The position numbers and the translations under genes are program-made. Shown here in pieces: positions 29,745 through 39,729 of a stretch of DNA of 64,000 bases. The notes under the pieces are model-generated. The model was not told the DNA's origin and ran no database searches. It saw nothing but the letters and a program-made list of their open reading frames with translations. Origin of the DNA: an uncultured cyanobacterium (GTDB lineage: Bacteria; Cyanobacteriota; Cyanobacteriia; Cyanobacteriales; CAWCAG01); the NCBI GenBank assembly GCA_963793425.1, contig CAWCAG010000005.1:960001-1024000 (forward strand), read 5' to 3'. Position 1 is the first letter of the stretch. Every line of letters starts with the position of its first letter.

Positions 29745-30749
29745 TCATTGGATTCTCGGATCAAAAAAAGCGTAGGAAATATCTACTAAAAGATTAATTG
29801 TGACAAATGCGATCGCAATAAAAACCACACCACCCTGAACTACAGGATAATCTCTAGCGAGGATGCCTTCATAAATCCAAGTACCAATTCCCGGCCAAGA
29901 AAAGATTGTTTCGGTAAGAATTGCCCCCCCTAAAAGAGTACCGAATTGCAAACCAATAATCGTACTAATTGGTAAAAAAGCATTTTTTAAGGCATGGCGT
30001 AAAATAACCCAAATTTCCTTAACTCCCTTCGCCCTGGCGGTACGAATATAATCTTGAGAAATAACTTCTAACATTGCAGAACGAGTAATTCTGGCAAGTA
30101 TAGCTAAGGGGATAGTTCCCAAGGCTACAGCAGGAAGGATTAAATGGGACAAAACATCTTTTAAGGCCGTTAAGTTAAATTGAATCAAAGCATCTAGAAC
30201 ATAAAACTGAGTAATTGGTTGAAAATGTAAGCTTTGGGTGGTGCTAATTCTGCCACTAGGAGGAAGCCATTGTAAGTGAACTGCAAATAAATAAATAAAC
30301 AGTAAACCTAACCAATAAACTGGCATTGAAACCCCAACTAATGACCCACTCATAGCTAGGTTATCTAACCAACTATCCTTTTTGATTGCGGCAATAATAC
30401 CGAAAGGAATACCAATAATAATTGCTATTAAAATAGCTGCGAGGGAAAGTTCAAAGGTGGCAGGAAAACGACTAGCAACTTCTTCTGTAATAGGAACGCC
30501 ACTAATAATACTTGTACCTAAATTTAAGGTAATTAACTGACTTAAGAAAGTAAGATATTGTTTAGGTAAGGGGTCATTTAATCCTAATTGTTCTCTCAAA
30601 GCTACTATACGTTCAGGAGTTGCTCTTTCCCCTAATAAAACCGTCGCCGGATCGCCAGGAATGAGATGAAGTAAGCAAAATACTAAAAGAGTAATGCCTA
30701 AAATAACCGGAATCAAACTGAGGAAACGTTTGAGAAAATAGTTGAACAT
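29745..30749 (-). CDS. Peptide/nickel ABC transporter permease (DppB/OppB family)
   Basis: PGDPA, ATFELS, DYIRTARAKG, ETIFSWPGIG, RDYPVVQG. Confidence 0.92.
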   Translation of the reverse strand: MFNYFLKRFLSLIPVILGITLLVFCLLHLIPGDPATVLLGERATPERIVALREQLGLNDPLPKQYLTFLSQLITLNLGTSIISGVPITEEVASRFPATFELSLAAILIAIIIGIPFGIIAAIKKDSWLDNLAMSGSLVGVSMPVYWLGLLFIYLFAVHLQWLPPSGRISTTQSLHFQPITQFYVLDALIQFNLTALKDVLSHLILPAVALGTIPLAILARITRSAMLEVISQDYIRTARAKGVKEIWVILRHALKNAFLPISTIIGLQFGTLLGGAILTETIFSWPGIGTWIYEGILARDYPVVQGGVVFIAIAFVTINLLVDISYAFFDPRIQ

Positions 30750-30898
30750 TAAGTCTATTTAAAAAAACTAGGAACACTTAAAATATTGACTCGAATTCTG
30801 TAGAGTGAAGTTCGGGCAGTAATAATAAAGACTCCGCAAATCTAGATTAATAAATAGAACCTGCTTTTGAACTTAGTTCTCATAACTACTGAAGATTT

Positions 30899-31456
30899 TT
30901 ACTGTGCCAACTTTTGTTCTAAGCCAAACCCTACTAACATAACCTTCTCTAAAGCTTTTCCCTCTAAAGGACGCTGGTAGTTAACAATTTTTCTGAGGCG
31001 AAGATCCGGATTAACTAAAATAATTGAATCCACTGAAACAACGCGACTATAATTAGTTGTCATCAATAACTCTTTGCTAACCGGGTTAAAGCTAAAATGA
31101 GAAATAATTGGTCTAGCTTCTTCATAAGCTTGATCACGTAAATAGTCTCCTTCTAAAATGCCCTCTCTTTCAACTTTAGGAACAAATAACAAGTTCAATT
31201 CTTGACTAACTTCTTCCCCTTTCTCAGAAATAGTATAAAAACCCAAATTAAAACCAGGTAAACTTTCTAAAGAAGAACTATAGGTATATTCATTGTCAGC
31301 CAAAACTTGCTCCTTACCCTCAATCTTCAAAGGTTTAACCACAAACTCTGTTCGGGATCTTTCTACTTCCTGGTAAGTTAAATAATGGTAAGTGCGTTCC
31401 GCCTGCCATTTTCCAACACAGCAATGGAAAAACTGTTGAAATTCTTTCGTATCCAT
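30899..31456 (-). CDS. CpcS/CpeS-family phycobiliprotein lyase (possibly CpcV-like)
   Basis: GKWQAERTYH N-terminal motif, YLRDQAYEE, beta-barrel pattern. Confidence 0.75.
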   Translation of the reverse strand: MDTKEFQQFFHCCVGKWQAERTYHYLTYQEVERSRTEFVVKPLKIEGKEQVLADNEYTYSSSLESLPGFNLGFYTISEKGEEVSQELNLLFVPKVEREGILEGDYLRDQAYEEARPIISHFSFNPVSKELLMTTNYSRVVSVDSIILVNPDLRLRKIVNYQRPLEGKALEKVMLVGFGLEQKLAQ

Positions 31457-31588
31457 ATTTCCTCTGAAGTTACTGGATTAGCTTCAAAAACTCCCTCAAA
31501 GAGAATTTGGGAGGATTAACCTCAAAATCTTATCAGATATAGGCTTGCTATGTTGGCATTTTAGTAACTAACCAGATTAAACACTCCC

Positions 31589-32341
31589 TCACAGTAAATC
31601 CTCTGCCATACTAAAATTAGCTGTTACATTCTGCACATCATCTAAAGCCTCTAAAGCTTCAATCATCTTCAGCAAAGATTGAGCTTGGTCAGGGTCAGTA
31701 ACTTCAATCGTACTATTAGGTATCCAGCGTAACTCTACTTCCGTCACTGGTAAGTTTTCTGCTTTAAGGGCTTGATGTAAATTCTCTAAATCTGCCACTG
31801 AACTAACAACCTCTGCCTCTTGAATCCCTTCCTCTTCAAATAACTCATAACTTTCTCCACCACCTTCTAGGGATGCTTCTAACAACTCCTCTTCGGTAAA
31901 CTCCCCTACTAAACAAACAACCCCTTTCTGTTCAAACATCCAGCTAACACAACCTGTCTCCCCCAAGTTACCTCCATTCTTGCTAAAAGCAGTCCTCAAA
32001 TCAGCAGCAGTGCGGTTGCGATTATCTGTCAAAGCTTCAATAAGTATCGCTACTCCCCCTGATCCATAACCTTCATAGCGAATTTCCTCTAACTTATCTT
32101 CATCACTACCCCAGGTTCCTGCACCTTTAGCGATCGCGCGATTAATATTATCATTAGGTATTCCTGCCGCCTTCGCCTTCTCAATGGCAGTACGCAGTTG
32201 AAAATTACCTTCTGGATCTGCTACTCCATTACGTGCTGCAACAATAATCGCCCTGGATAACTGAGTAAAAGTTTTACCCTTTTTCGCATCAACCCTCGCT
32301 TTTTGACGCTTAATATTCGCCCACTTACTATGACCAGCCAT
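31589..32341 (-). CDS. yebC: YebC/PmpR family protein
   Basis: MAGHSKWANIK, YEGYG, LTDNRNRT, LDDVQNV. Confidence 0.95.
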   Translation of the reverse strand: MAGHSKWANIKRQKARVDAKKGKTFTQLSRAIIVAARNGVADPEGNFQLRTAIEKAKAAGIPNDNINRAIAKGAGTWGSDEDKLEEIRYEGYGSGGVAILIEALTDNRNRTAADLRTAFSKNGGNLGETGCVSWMFEQKGVVCLVGEFTEEELLEASLEGGGESYELFEEEGIQEAEVVSSVADLENLHQALKAENLPVTEVELRWIPNSTIEVTDPDQAQSLLKMIEALEALDDVQNVTANFSMAEDLL

Positions 32342-32394
32342 TTTTTCAGTTATCAGTTATCAATGATCACGTCTTGAAGTTTCTTTGTTTCTTT

Positions 32395-33423
32395 TTAATG
32401 AGCGAGGGCGTAAGAAACTGACCCCAACAACCCTACTTGAGGGTTTAAAACTATATGTACAGGAATTTGTTCAATAGCAGCACTAACTCTTCCTTTATGT
32501 TTAAAAGCTTCTAGGAAAAGACTTGACTCCATCAACGGCATAATTTTAGCAGCAATGCCCCCGGCAATATAAATCCCTCCATAGGGAAGAAGTTTGAGGG
32601 CAAGATTGCCCGCTTCTGCACCATAGGCAGAAATGAACAAAGTCATGGTCTTTTCACAGAGGGAATCGCTCTTTTTCATCGCAGCAATAGCAATAGTTGC
32701 TGCCGGATCTATATTCTTCGGTAGCTGTTTACCCTGTTCCCAAGCCTGAATCACCCTGGCTATTTCCGGGGTTTCAGAAACAAATTTTTGATCGCGGAGA
32801 AACTGATAGATAGCGACAATCCCTTGACCTGATACTACTCGCTCCACAGATACCCGGTCAAGATGATATTTCTCTTGTAGGTAGCTTAACAATTGAAACT
32901 CTAACTGAGAACGAGGGGCAAAATCTGTATGCCCTCCTTCGGTAGGAAAAATTTGCGCCCCCGAACTGTTCGGGATTAAAAAAGCTTCTCCTAACCCCGT
33001 ACCTGCACCAATAATACCAATGGGAGCATTTTCTTGGGGCTTTCCTGGTTGTAAGGTCTTGATCTGCCCTAAATCTAAACCCAAAATGCCATAACTAACT
33101 GCTGCAAAATCATTAATCAAGGTTACAGATTCAATGCCTAAATCTTCAGCTAACCTGTAGCTATCAAGATACCAATTAAGATTAGTTAAGTTAGAAGTAT
33201 TGTTCAAAACCGGACCAGCAATGGCAAAACAAGCTTTTTGGGGTAACTTCTGCTTTTGGGTAGTCTGCCAAAACTCCTTAACTATGGGTACAAGATCAGG
33301 ATAATCTGCGCTCACATAATTAGCCTCAGCAAGGGTTTGAAAAGACTTCTTTTCCTCCTTTACTTCCACCAATCGCAGAATAGTCTTAGTCCCGCCAATA
33401 TCTCCAGCTATGATTAAGGTCAT
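32395..33423 (-). CDS. glk: Glucokinase
   Basis: GDIGGT, INDFAA, GAGTGLG, TEGGH, ERVVSG, GGIAAKI. Confidence 0.95.
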   Translation of the reverse strand: MTLIIAGDIGGTKTILRLVEVKEEKKSFQTLAEANYVSADYPDLVPIVKEFWQTTQKQKLPQKACFAIAGPVLNNTSNLTNLNWYLDSYRLAEDLGIESVTLINDFAAVSYGILGLDLGQIKTLQPGKPQENAPIGIIGAGTGLGEAFLIPNSSGAQIFPTEGGHTDFAPRSQLEFQLLSYLQEKYHLDRVSVERVVSGQGIVAIYQFLRDQKFVSETPEIARVIQAWEQGKQLPKNIDPAATIAIAAMKKSDSLCEKTMTLFISAYGAEAGNLALKLLPYGGIYIAGGIAAKIMPLMESSLFLEAFKHKGRVSAAIEQIPVHIVLNPQVGLLGSVSYALAH

Positions 33424-33443
33424 GTGATCAAAACAACTAAAAA

Positions 33444-34082
33444 TTAATTAAACCGAACCTTAGATTCCGTCGAACTGAGATGAGAAGTATCTCCATTGAG
33501 TTCCAAATGCCAATTTTCATTTTGACGTACTAGCTTAACTAAGCAACATAAGCTAGCATTAATGAAAGGACTACCACCAACTAAACCTGCGGTGGTTCCG
33601 CAAACAGAAGCACCGTGACCAACAAAAAGAAGATCCTGAGTAAACTCCTCTACTAGGATTCTGGCTGTTGCTCCAGTGCGTTCCCCTAGCTCCTCGATAG
33701 TTTCCGGATATTTAGGAATCACGCGAGAAGTATAACTCAAGTCAAGACGAGGAAAATGTTTTTTCAAGACTTGCAGAGCTAGAGTTTCTGGTTTAGCTCT
33801 CATCCATTCTGGATTTAGCCACTCACTAAGTCCCGCTTCCAGTTTCAGGGGCAAATCCAAAATTTCTGCGACAGGAGCCGCTGTTTGTAATGTTCTCAAA
33901 AAAGGAGAACAAAATACGTGGCTAATCTTTTCCGATTTGAGTCTTTGTCCCAATTCTTGAGCCTGGACTAAGCCATCCTCAGAAAGAGGAGGATCATAAG
34001 GGCGCTCTGCGGTATTAAACCAATCAGGGTTAACAAAGTCAAGACGATTTCCGTGTCTAGCAATCCAAATAGTTTGGTTCAT
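33444..34082 (-). CDS. Histidine phosphatase (phosphoglycerate mutase superfamily)
   Basis: RHG motif, SPFLRTLQTA, VGHG. Confidence 0.9.
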   Translation of the reverse strand: MNQTIWIARHGNRLDFVNPDWFNTAERPYDPPLSEDGLVQAQELGQRLKSEKISHVFCSPFLRTLQTAAPVAEILDLPLKLEAGLSEWLNPEWMRAKPETLALQVLKKHFPRLDLSYTSRVIPKYPETIEELGERTGATARILVEEFTQDLLFVGHGASVCGTTAGLVGGSPFINASLCCLVKLVRQNENWHLELNGDTSHLSSTESKVRFN

Positions 34083-34358
34083 ATTAATTCCCTATTCAAA
34101 AGATGAGTATTTTTTGCTTATTTTGTTGCCCAGAATGCAGTTGTTCTGGCTCAAGTTGGGTAATCTAACTTTGAACTTTGGAGGTTAGCTAACTAATTTT
34201 CCTCTCATCAACCCTCAGTCCTATGTTTCAAAACCTATGCAAGGCAACTCATCTGCACCTAAAATTGGCAAAGGTTTTGCTCTCGAAGGTAAATCTTCCT
34301 TTTGGAAGATACTTAAAAGATTAAGATCCCACCTAAGAAACTTTTTTAAAGCCTCATA

Positions 34359-34376
34359 AATGTTACAATATTTAAT
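34359..34376. promoter_or_regulatory. Possible HLR1 (RpaB) site upstream of the group-2 sigma gene
   Basis: Minus strand ATTAAATA-tt-GTAACATT, a degenerate match to KTTACAWW-N2-KTTACAWW. Confidence 0.3.
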
Positions 34377-34667
34377 ACTAAATCAGAAATATTCTTCAAG
34401 TAGACTGTAGCTATTGTTTCATAGCACTTCAGGGCTAGTTCCGCAACCGAGAAAAGACAACCAGTATCCCTAGCTAGATTTATGTTATTTTTCTACCCAT
34501 GGCTAATTTCCTTCAGCTAGACCGCTATTATCAACTGGCTGCAATATAAATACACCAATTTCTCATCAATAATACAAATTATTTTCTGCCACTGTTTTGG
34601 AAAACAGAGTTCAGCATCTGGTTTCCTTTGTCTATCCCTAGTCATCAGCCCACCAAAACCAGCAACC

Positions 34668-35624
34668 ATGAAAAAATCTCAGACTTCTACGGACTTAGTG
34701 CGGACTTACTTAAGAGAAATCGGTCGCGTACCTTTGCTAACTCACGAAGAAGAAATTCTTTACGCGAAGCAAGTACAAAAACTGATCGCCCTAGAGAAAG
34801 CCAAGAATGACCTAGAACAAACTCAAGAGGAAGAACCTACTTTTCGCCAATGGGCAGAAGCGGCAGGTTTGAGCGAAGCCAAATTGCGCTCAGAAATTCA
34901 GGCTGGAGAAACAGCCAAGCGCAAAATGGTGGAAGCAAATCTACGCTTAGTCGTATCTGTGGCCAAAAAATATATCAAGCGCAATCTTGATCTATTAGAT
35001 TTAATTCAAGAAGGAACTATCGGTATGCAGCGAGGGGTGGAGAAATTTGACCCCAGCAAAGGGTATCGCTTCTCTACCTATGCTTACTGGTGGATTCGCC
35101 AAGCAATTACCAGGGCGATCGCCGAAAAAAGCCGGACTATCCGCCTACCTATTCACATAACCGAAAAACTCAACAAAATCAAAAAAGCCCAAAGAAAGCT
35201 TTCGCAAAACTTAGGCCGTGCGGCTACAGCAGTGGAGTTGGCTGAAGAATTAGAATTAACCGCTAAACAAGTGCGGGACTACCTAGCCAAAGGTCGCCAG
35301 CCCCTCTCCTTAGATTTGCGAGTTGGTGACAACCAGGATACAGAATTACTAGAACTTTTAGAAGATAGCGGCCCTTCTCCGGAAGACTATGCTAACCAAT
35401 CTTCTTTAAAACAGGATTTGGAGCGCTTAATGGCAGATTTAACTCCCCAGCAACGGGAAGTACTCACCCTACGCTTTGGCCTCACGGACGAAAAGCCTTT
35501 AACCTTAGCGAAAATTGGTACTCTGCTTAATATCAGTCGTGAAAGAGTACGCCAAATTGAAAGGGAGGCACTTTCTAAGCTGCGTAAGCATAAAGGGACA
35601 ATGCGGGAGTATTTGGCTAGTTAA
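34668..35624 (+). CDS. sigD: Group 2 RNA polymerase sigma factor, SigD-like
   Basis: [59 protein letters not shown]; short N-terminus. Confidence 0.8.
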   Translation: MKKSQTSTDLVRTYLREIGRVPLLTHEEEILYAKQVQKLIALEKAKNDLEQTQEEEPTFRQWAEAAGLSEAKLRSEIQAGETAKRKMVEANLRLVVSVAKKYIKRNLDLLDLIQEGTIGMQRGVEKFDPSKGYRFSTYAYWWIRQAITRAIAEKSRTIRLPIHITEKLNKIKKAQRKLSQNLGRAATAVELAEELELTAKQVRDYLAKGRQPLSLDLRVGDNQDTELLELLEDSGPSPEDYANQSSLKQDLERLMADLTPQQREVLTLRFGLTDEKPLTLAKIGTLLNISRERVRQIEREALSKLRKHKGTMREYLAS

Positions 35625-35655
35625 ACTGCTGTCGTTACAGAAACTAAAAATTAGG

Positions 35656-35714
35656 AGGGCGGGTTTATTTAGTTTAATGTTAATCTCACAATTAGACTCA
35701 AAACCCGCCCCTAC
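35656..35714. repeat. GTAG-type REP-like inverted repeat (second copy, opposite orientation)
   Basis: agggcgggttt...aaacccgcccctac. Confidence 0.7.
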
Positions 35715-35925
35715 TATTGCAACACTTTAGGCTGATCACCCCGCTACCTCCAACCTCAAAAATGCCCAGTAGCGTAATCCGATATTAATGGTTCGGTTAA
35801 TCAGATCCTCAATAAGTAAAAAAGTTGTTACATTGTTTAGCAAGACTTTCTCATAGGAAATTAATCGAGCGAGTTAAATAAGCTCTTCGGAGTTTATCTA
35901 AAACTCAAGCTCTAGGAGATAAAGT

Positions 35926-36270
35926 ATGAGCAACGAATATCAATCCAAACACGAATTTTTTAGCAGCGAAGATATTAATGGCGAAGGGCTTTGGAAATAT
36001 GTTCAAGCCTTGAGTCCAGAAGCGATCGCACAACTTTCTAAGCCCCAATCATCTGAAGTATTTGGTGTAATGGAGAAAAACATCGTCGGTTTGTTAGGTT
36101 CGCTACCTTCAGAAGAATTCAATGTCAACATTGTCAGTAGCCGAGAACATCTAGGACGCTTGTTAGCTTCAGCAATGATGAGTGGTTATTTTCTACGGAA
36201 TGCAGAACAGCGTCTAGGATTTGAAAAGTCTTTACAAGCTGTAGAAACAGTTACTCCAGATGAGGAATAA
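35926..36270 (+). CDS. DUF760 domain protein
   Basis: LWKYVQALSPE, GLLGSLP, LLASAMMSGYFLRNAEQR. Confidence 0.88.
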   Translation: MSNEYQSKHEFFSSEDINGEGLWKYVQALSPEAIAQLSKPQSSEVFGVMEKNIVGLLGSLPSEEFNVNIVSSREHLGRLLASAMMSGYFLRNAEQRLGFEKSLQAVETVTPDEE

Positions 36271-36380
36271 TCTTCAGTAGCTGTAGCTAGAAAACGGTTC
36301 GTCGTTTATTCGGTGTTGGTTCATTTTCCTGAATAATTAAGAGGTTGAATCTTAAAATATCAGCCATCAAGGAATTATTC

Positions 36381-36791
36381 ATGGAAAGAAATTTGCTCCA
36401 AAAACGTATTGGTGTCGCAGTTATCACCAATAATCAAGGAGAAATTTTAATTGACCGCAGACCTAGAGATGCTGAGATGGGGGGATTGTGGGAATTTCCA
36501 GGGGGCAAAGTAGAACCTTCTGAAACCGTTGAAGAATGTATTAAAAGAGAAATAAAAGAAGAATTAGCCCTTGATATTGAAGTGGGGCAGCACTTAATTA
36601 GCGTTAACTACACCTATCCCCAAGTCCACATTTCCTTAATCGTCCATTATTGCCGTCACCAAGGAGGAGATCTCCAACCCTTAGCTTCTCAAGAAGTACG
36701 TTGGGTTTCTCTAACTGAAATTACCAACTTTGAGTTTCCAGAAGCTAATCAGCAAATAATTGCAGCTTTGCAGCAAGGTAATAGGAAATAG
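36381..36791 (+). CDS. mutT: 8-oxo-dGTP diphosphatase (Nudix)
   Basis: WEFPGGKVE...CIKREIKEEL Nudix box, FPEAN; start moved to ATG 36381. Confidence 0.88.
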   Translation: MERNLLQKRIGVAVITNNQGEILIDRRPRDAEMGGLWEFPGGKVEPSETVEECIKREIKEELALDIEVGQHLISVNYTYPQVHISLIVHYCRHQGGDLQPLASQEVRWVSLTEITNFEFPEANQQIIAALQQGNRK

Positions 36792-36853
36792 GCAGCCAGA
36801 ACGGTATTATTGTTGACAAATGAACAATGTTTAATCATAAATGATCTAAGCTT

Positions 36854-37519
36854 ATGAGTATTACTCCTGAGTCCGTACAAAAACTACTTGATTCCGATGA
36901 TTATGGGGATCGCCTCAGAGGAGTAAATCAATTGCGCCAACTACAAAAAGATACCGCTTTTAAGATGGTGCAGCCTCTACTAGAAGACCAAAATGCTAGG
37001 GTTCGCTACTCTGCTGTTAGTCAGTTTGATACATTAGGAACTCAAGACTTACAAACTTCCTTAGAATTATTGCGCGATCGCCTGCTTCATGATAGCGAAG
37101 CAGATGTACAAGCAGCAGCAGCAGATGCTTTGGGGGCTTTGAAAATCCCAGAGGCTTTTGAAGATTTAGCAAAACTCTACCACAGCACTTCTGAATGGCT
37201 GATTCAATTTAGTATCATTGCTACTTTAGGAGAAATGGGAGATTCAAGGGGTTTTGAACTGTTAAAAGAAGCCTTAGCTTCTGGCAACAACCTTCTGCAA
37301 ACAGCAGCTATCGGTTCTTTTGGCGAATTGAAAGATCCTCGTGCTGTAACTCTATTAACCCCCTATGGCGACAATCCTGACTGGCAAATACGCTACCGTT
37401 TAGTTCAAGCTTTAGCAAACATTGGCGGAGATGAAGCCCAAGCAACTATAGAAAAGCTAACAGAGGATGAAGTAGAACAAGTTGCCGAAGAAGCAAAAAG
37501 ACACTCAGAAGCCTCTTAA
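36854..37519 (+). CDS. nblB: HEAT-repeat protein NblB
   Basis: MSITPESVQKLLDSDDYGDRLRGVNQLR N-terminus and PBS-lyase HEAT repeats. Confidence 0.8.
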   Translation: MSITPESVQKLLDSDDYGDRLRGVNQLRQLQKDTAFKMVQPLLEDQNARVRYSAVSQFDTLGTQDLQTSLELLRDRLLHDSEADVQAAAADALGALKIPEAFEDLAKLYHSTSEWLIQFSIIATLGEMGDSRGFELLKEALASGNNLLQTAAIGSFGELKDPRAVTLLTPYGDNPDWQIRYRLVQALANIGGDEAQATIEKLTEDEVEQVAEEAKRHSEAS

Positions 37520-37567
37520 ATGGTAGTTTAGTCAAACTTATCACTAACTCTACTACTGTGCTGCTTC

Positions 37568-38155
37568 TTAGATCTTAATGGAGCTAGGTTCACTCACCGT
37601 AGCAATAATTTGGTTGCAACCAGAATAGGGACGGGCCCAGTCGTAACGGTGTTTTTCTGGGTTTCCCCAACACAAACCGAGGTAAATTTCTGTCCTCGCC
37701 GCATTAATTTCGGCCCATTCTGCCTGTTGAATTAGTTCTCTTAAAAACTCAGGAGTAATACGTCGGCGCTCTTTCGTTGCTAACCAAAAATTCAAACCTT
37801 CAGTAACTTGTCCCCAAAAATCTAAAATGGCCTCTTTCGCTGCGGTAAGGATTTGTTTATCTCCTGGTATAGCAATTAATTCATTATGTAGTTCAGGAAA
37901 TTTCACAGACTTACCTTTAAATTGAGAAACCCGCCAGATGATGCCAGAAACGTGATTCTCTGTTTGATATTCATGAATCTGGGCGCGAAAATCTCGATAA
38001 GCAAAAACTTTGCTAACTTTTTTGGGATCTAGGGCTTTAGAAACCACAGGATCATCAATCCTCTTTTGCCAAGATAATAAAACTCTTTCTCCTTTCCAAT
38101 TAGCTCGGAGTTCTTGCTCTAAAATCTGAATCAGTTGTTCTGTAGTGTAGGTCAT
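37568..38155 (-). CDS. Hypothetical protein
   Basis: 195-aa ORF with protein-like composition; no motif recognised. Confidence 0.7.
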   Translation of the reverse strand: MTYTTEQLIQILEQELRANWKGERVLLSWQKRIDDPVVSKALDPKKVSKVFAYRDFRAQIHEYQTENHVSGIIWRVSQFKGKSVKFPELHNELIAIPGDKQILTAAKEAILDFWGQVTEGLNFWLATKERRRITPEFLRELIQQAEWAEINAARTEIYLGLCWGNPEKHRYDWARPYSGCNQIIATVSEPSSIKI

Positions 38156-38480
38156 AGGCTTGAGAATTAACCCTTAATCTTAAACCATTTTGCAGAAACA
38201 AAAATTTGTCCCTTTGACTTACTAGAAAGTAGACAATCTATGAACGATTCGTCTTTTGTCAAGATAGCATCATCTAAATCAACAAATTTCTAGGCAGCTA
38301 ACCAACAAAATTAATGTCATGAAGGAAGCTGATAATCTTAACCCTGACAGACTATTAAGCAACTTCTTTAGTTATTGTAACCAACTAAAACAGTAGTGTA
38401 TCTTCATCCCCTGTATAGTCATTTAAAGTACCGCAAATAGTTACAATAACCGATTAGTTGTTTTTCAGGGTTAAAGATAT

Positions 38481-39682
38481 ATGAGTCGTGCTAACAAAGT
38501 CATACTTGCTTATTCTGGTGGCGTAGATACTTCTGTTTGTATTCCTTATCTCAAGAAAGAATGGGGAGTTAAAGAGGTCATTACCTTAGCCGCAGATTTA
38601 GGGCAAGGAGAAGAATTAGGGCCAATTAAAGAAAAAGCCCTCACTTCAGGGGCTTCAAAATCATTAGTGGCCGATGCAACTACTGTTTTTATTAAAGATT
38701 ATGCTTTTCCCGCCCTCCAAGCCAATGCCCTCTACGAAAATCGCTATCCCCTTTCTACTGCTTTAGCTCGTCCTTTAATTGCTAAACTTTTAGTTGATGC
38801 GGCTAAAGAACATGGGGCGGATGCGGTAGTTCATGGTTGTACCGGAAAAGGTAATGATCAAGTTCGCTTTGATGTAGCCATCATGGCCCTCAACCCCGAA
38901 CTTAAGGTCTTGGCCCCGCTAGGGAATGGGGCATGAGTCGTGAGGAAACTATTGCTTATGGAGAGAAGTTTGGAATTCCTGCACCAGTCAAGAAATCTTC
39001 CCCTTATAGTATTGATCGTAACTTACTTGGCCGCAGCATTGAAGCTGGTCCTTTAGAAGATCCGATGACAGAAGCTGCTGAAGAAGTTTTTGTGATGACT
39101 AAGGCGATCGCCGATACTCCTGATCAGCCAGAATATGTAGAAATTGGTTTTGAAAGGGGACTTCCTGTAGCCATCAATGGTAAGGGACTTGATCCAGTAG
39201 CTTTGATTTCTCAACTTAACGAAATTGTTGGCAATCATGGCGTTGGGCGTATTGACATGATTGAAAATCGGGTGGTAGGGATTAAATCACGAGAGATTTA
39301 TGAAGTACCAGCACTTTCTGTCTTAATAGATGCCCATCGTGATTTAGAAAGTTTAACTTTAACCGCAGATGTTACTCAATATAAGCGTGGTATTGAAGAA
39401 ACCTATAGCCAACTTATTTACAAAGGCTTATGGTACTCTCCTTTAAAAGCGGCCCTAGATGCTTTTATCCAAGAAACTCAAGAACGGGTTTCTGGTACAG
39501 TTAGGGTTAAGTTATTTAAGGGTTCTGCTAGGGTAGTGGGTCGTAAATCAGATTATTCTATCTATTCCCCCGATTTAGCTACCTATGGGGCAGATGATCA
39601 GTTCGACCACAAAGCCGCAGAAGGGTTTATTTATATTTGGGGAATGTCTACTAAAGTTTGGGCAGAGAAGACTCGGAGTTAG
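38481..39682 (+). CDS. argG: Argininosuccinate synthase, split by a one-base frameshift at about 38913-38917
   Basis: [41 protein letters not shown]; adding one C to gccccgct restores [13 protein letters not shown]. Confidence 0.93.
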
Positions 39683-39715
39683 GTAATAGGTAATAGGTAA
39701 TAGGTAATAGGTAAA
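39680..39715. repeat. STRR tract (TAGGTAA)5
   Basis: Perfect tandem heptamers; the same unit occurs at 27823-27843. Confidence 0.85.
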
Positions 39716-39729
39716 GAAAATACTATCGC

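Noticed and set aside
38481..39682. argG as a true pseudogene or programmed frameshift
   Set aside because: Single homopolymer indel with no other decay; the same error type appears in ubiD
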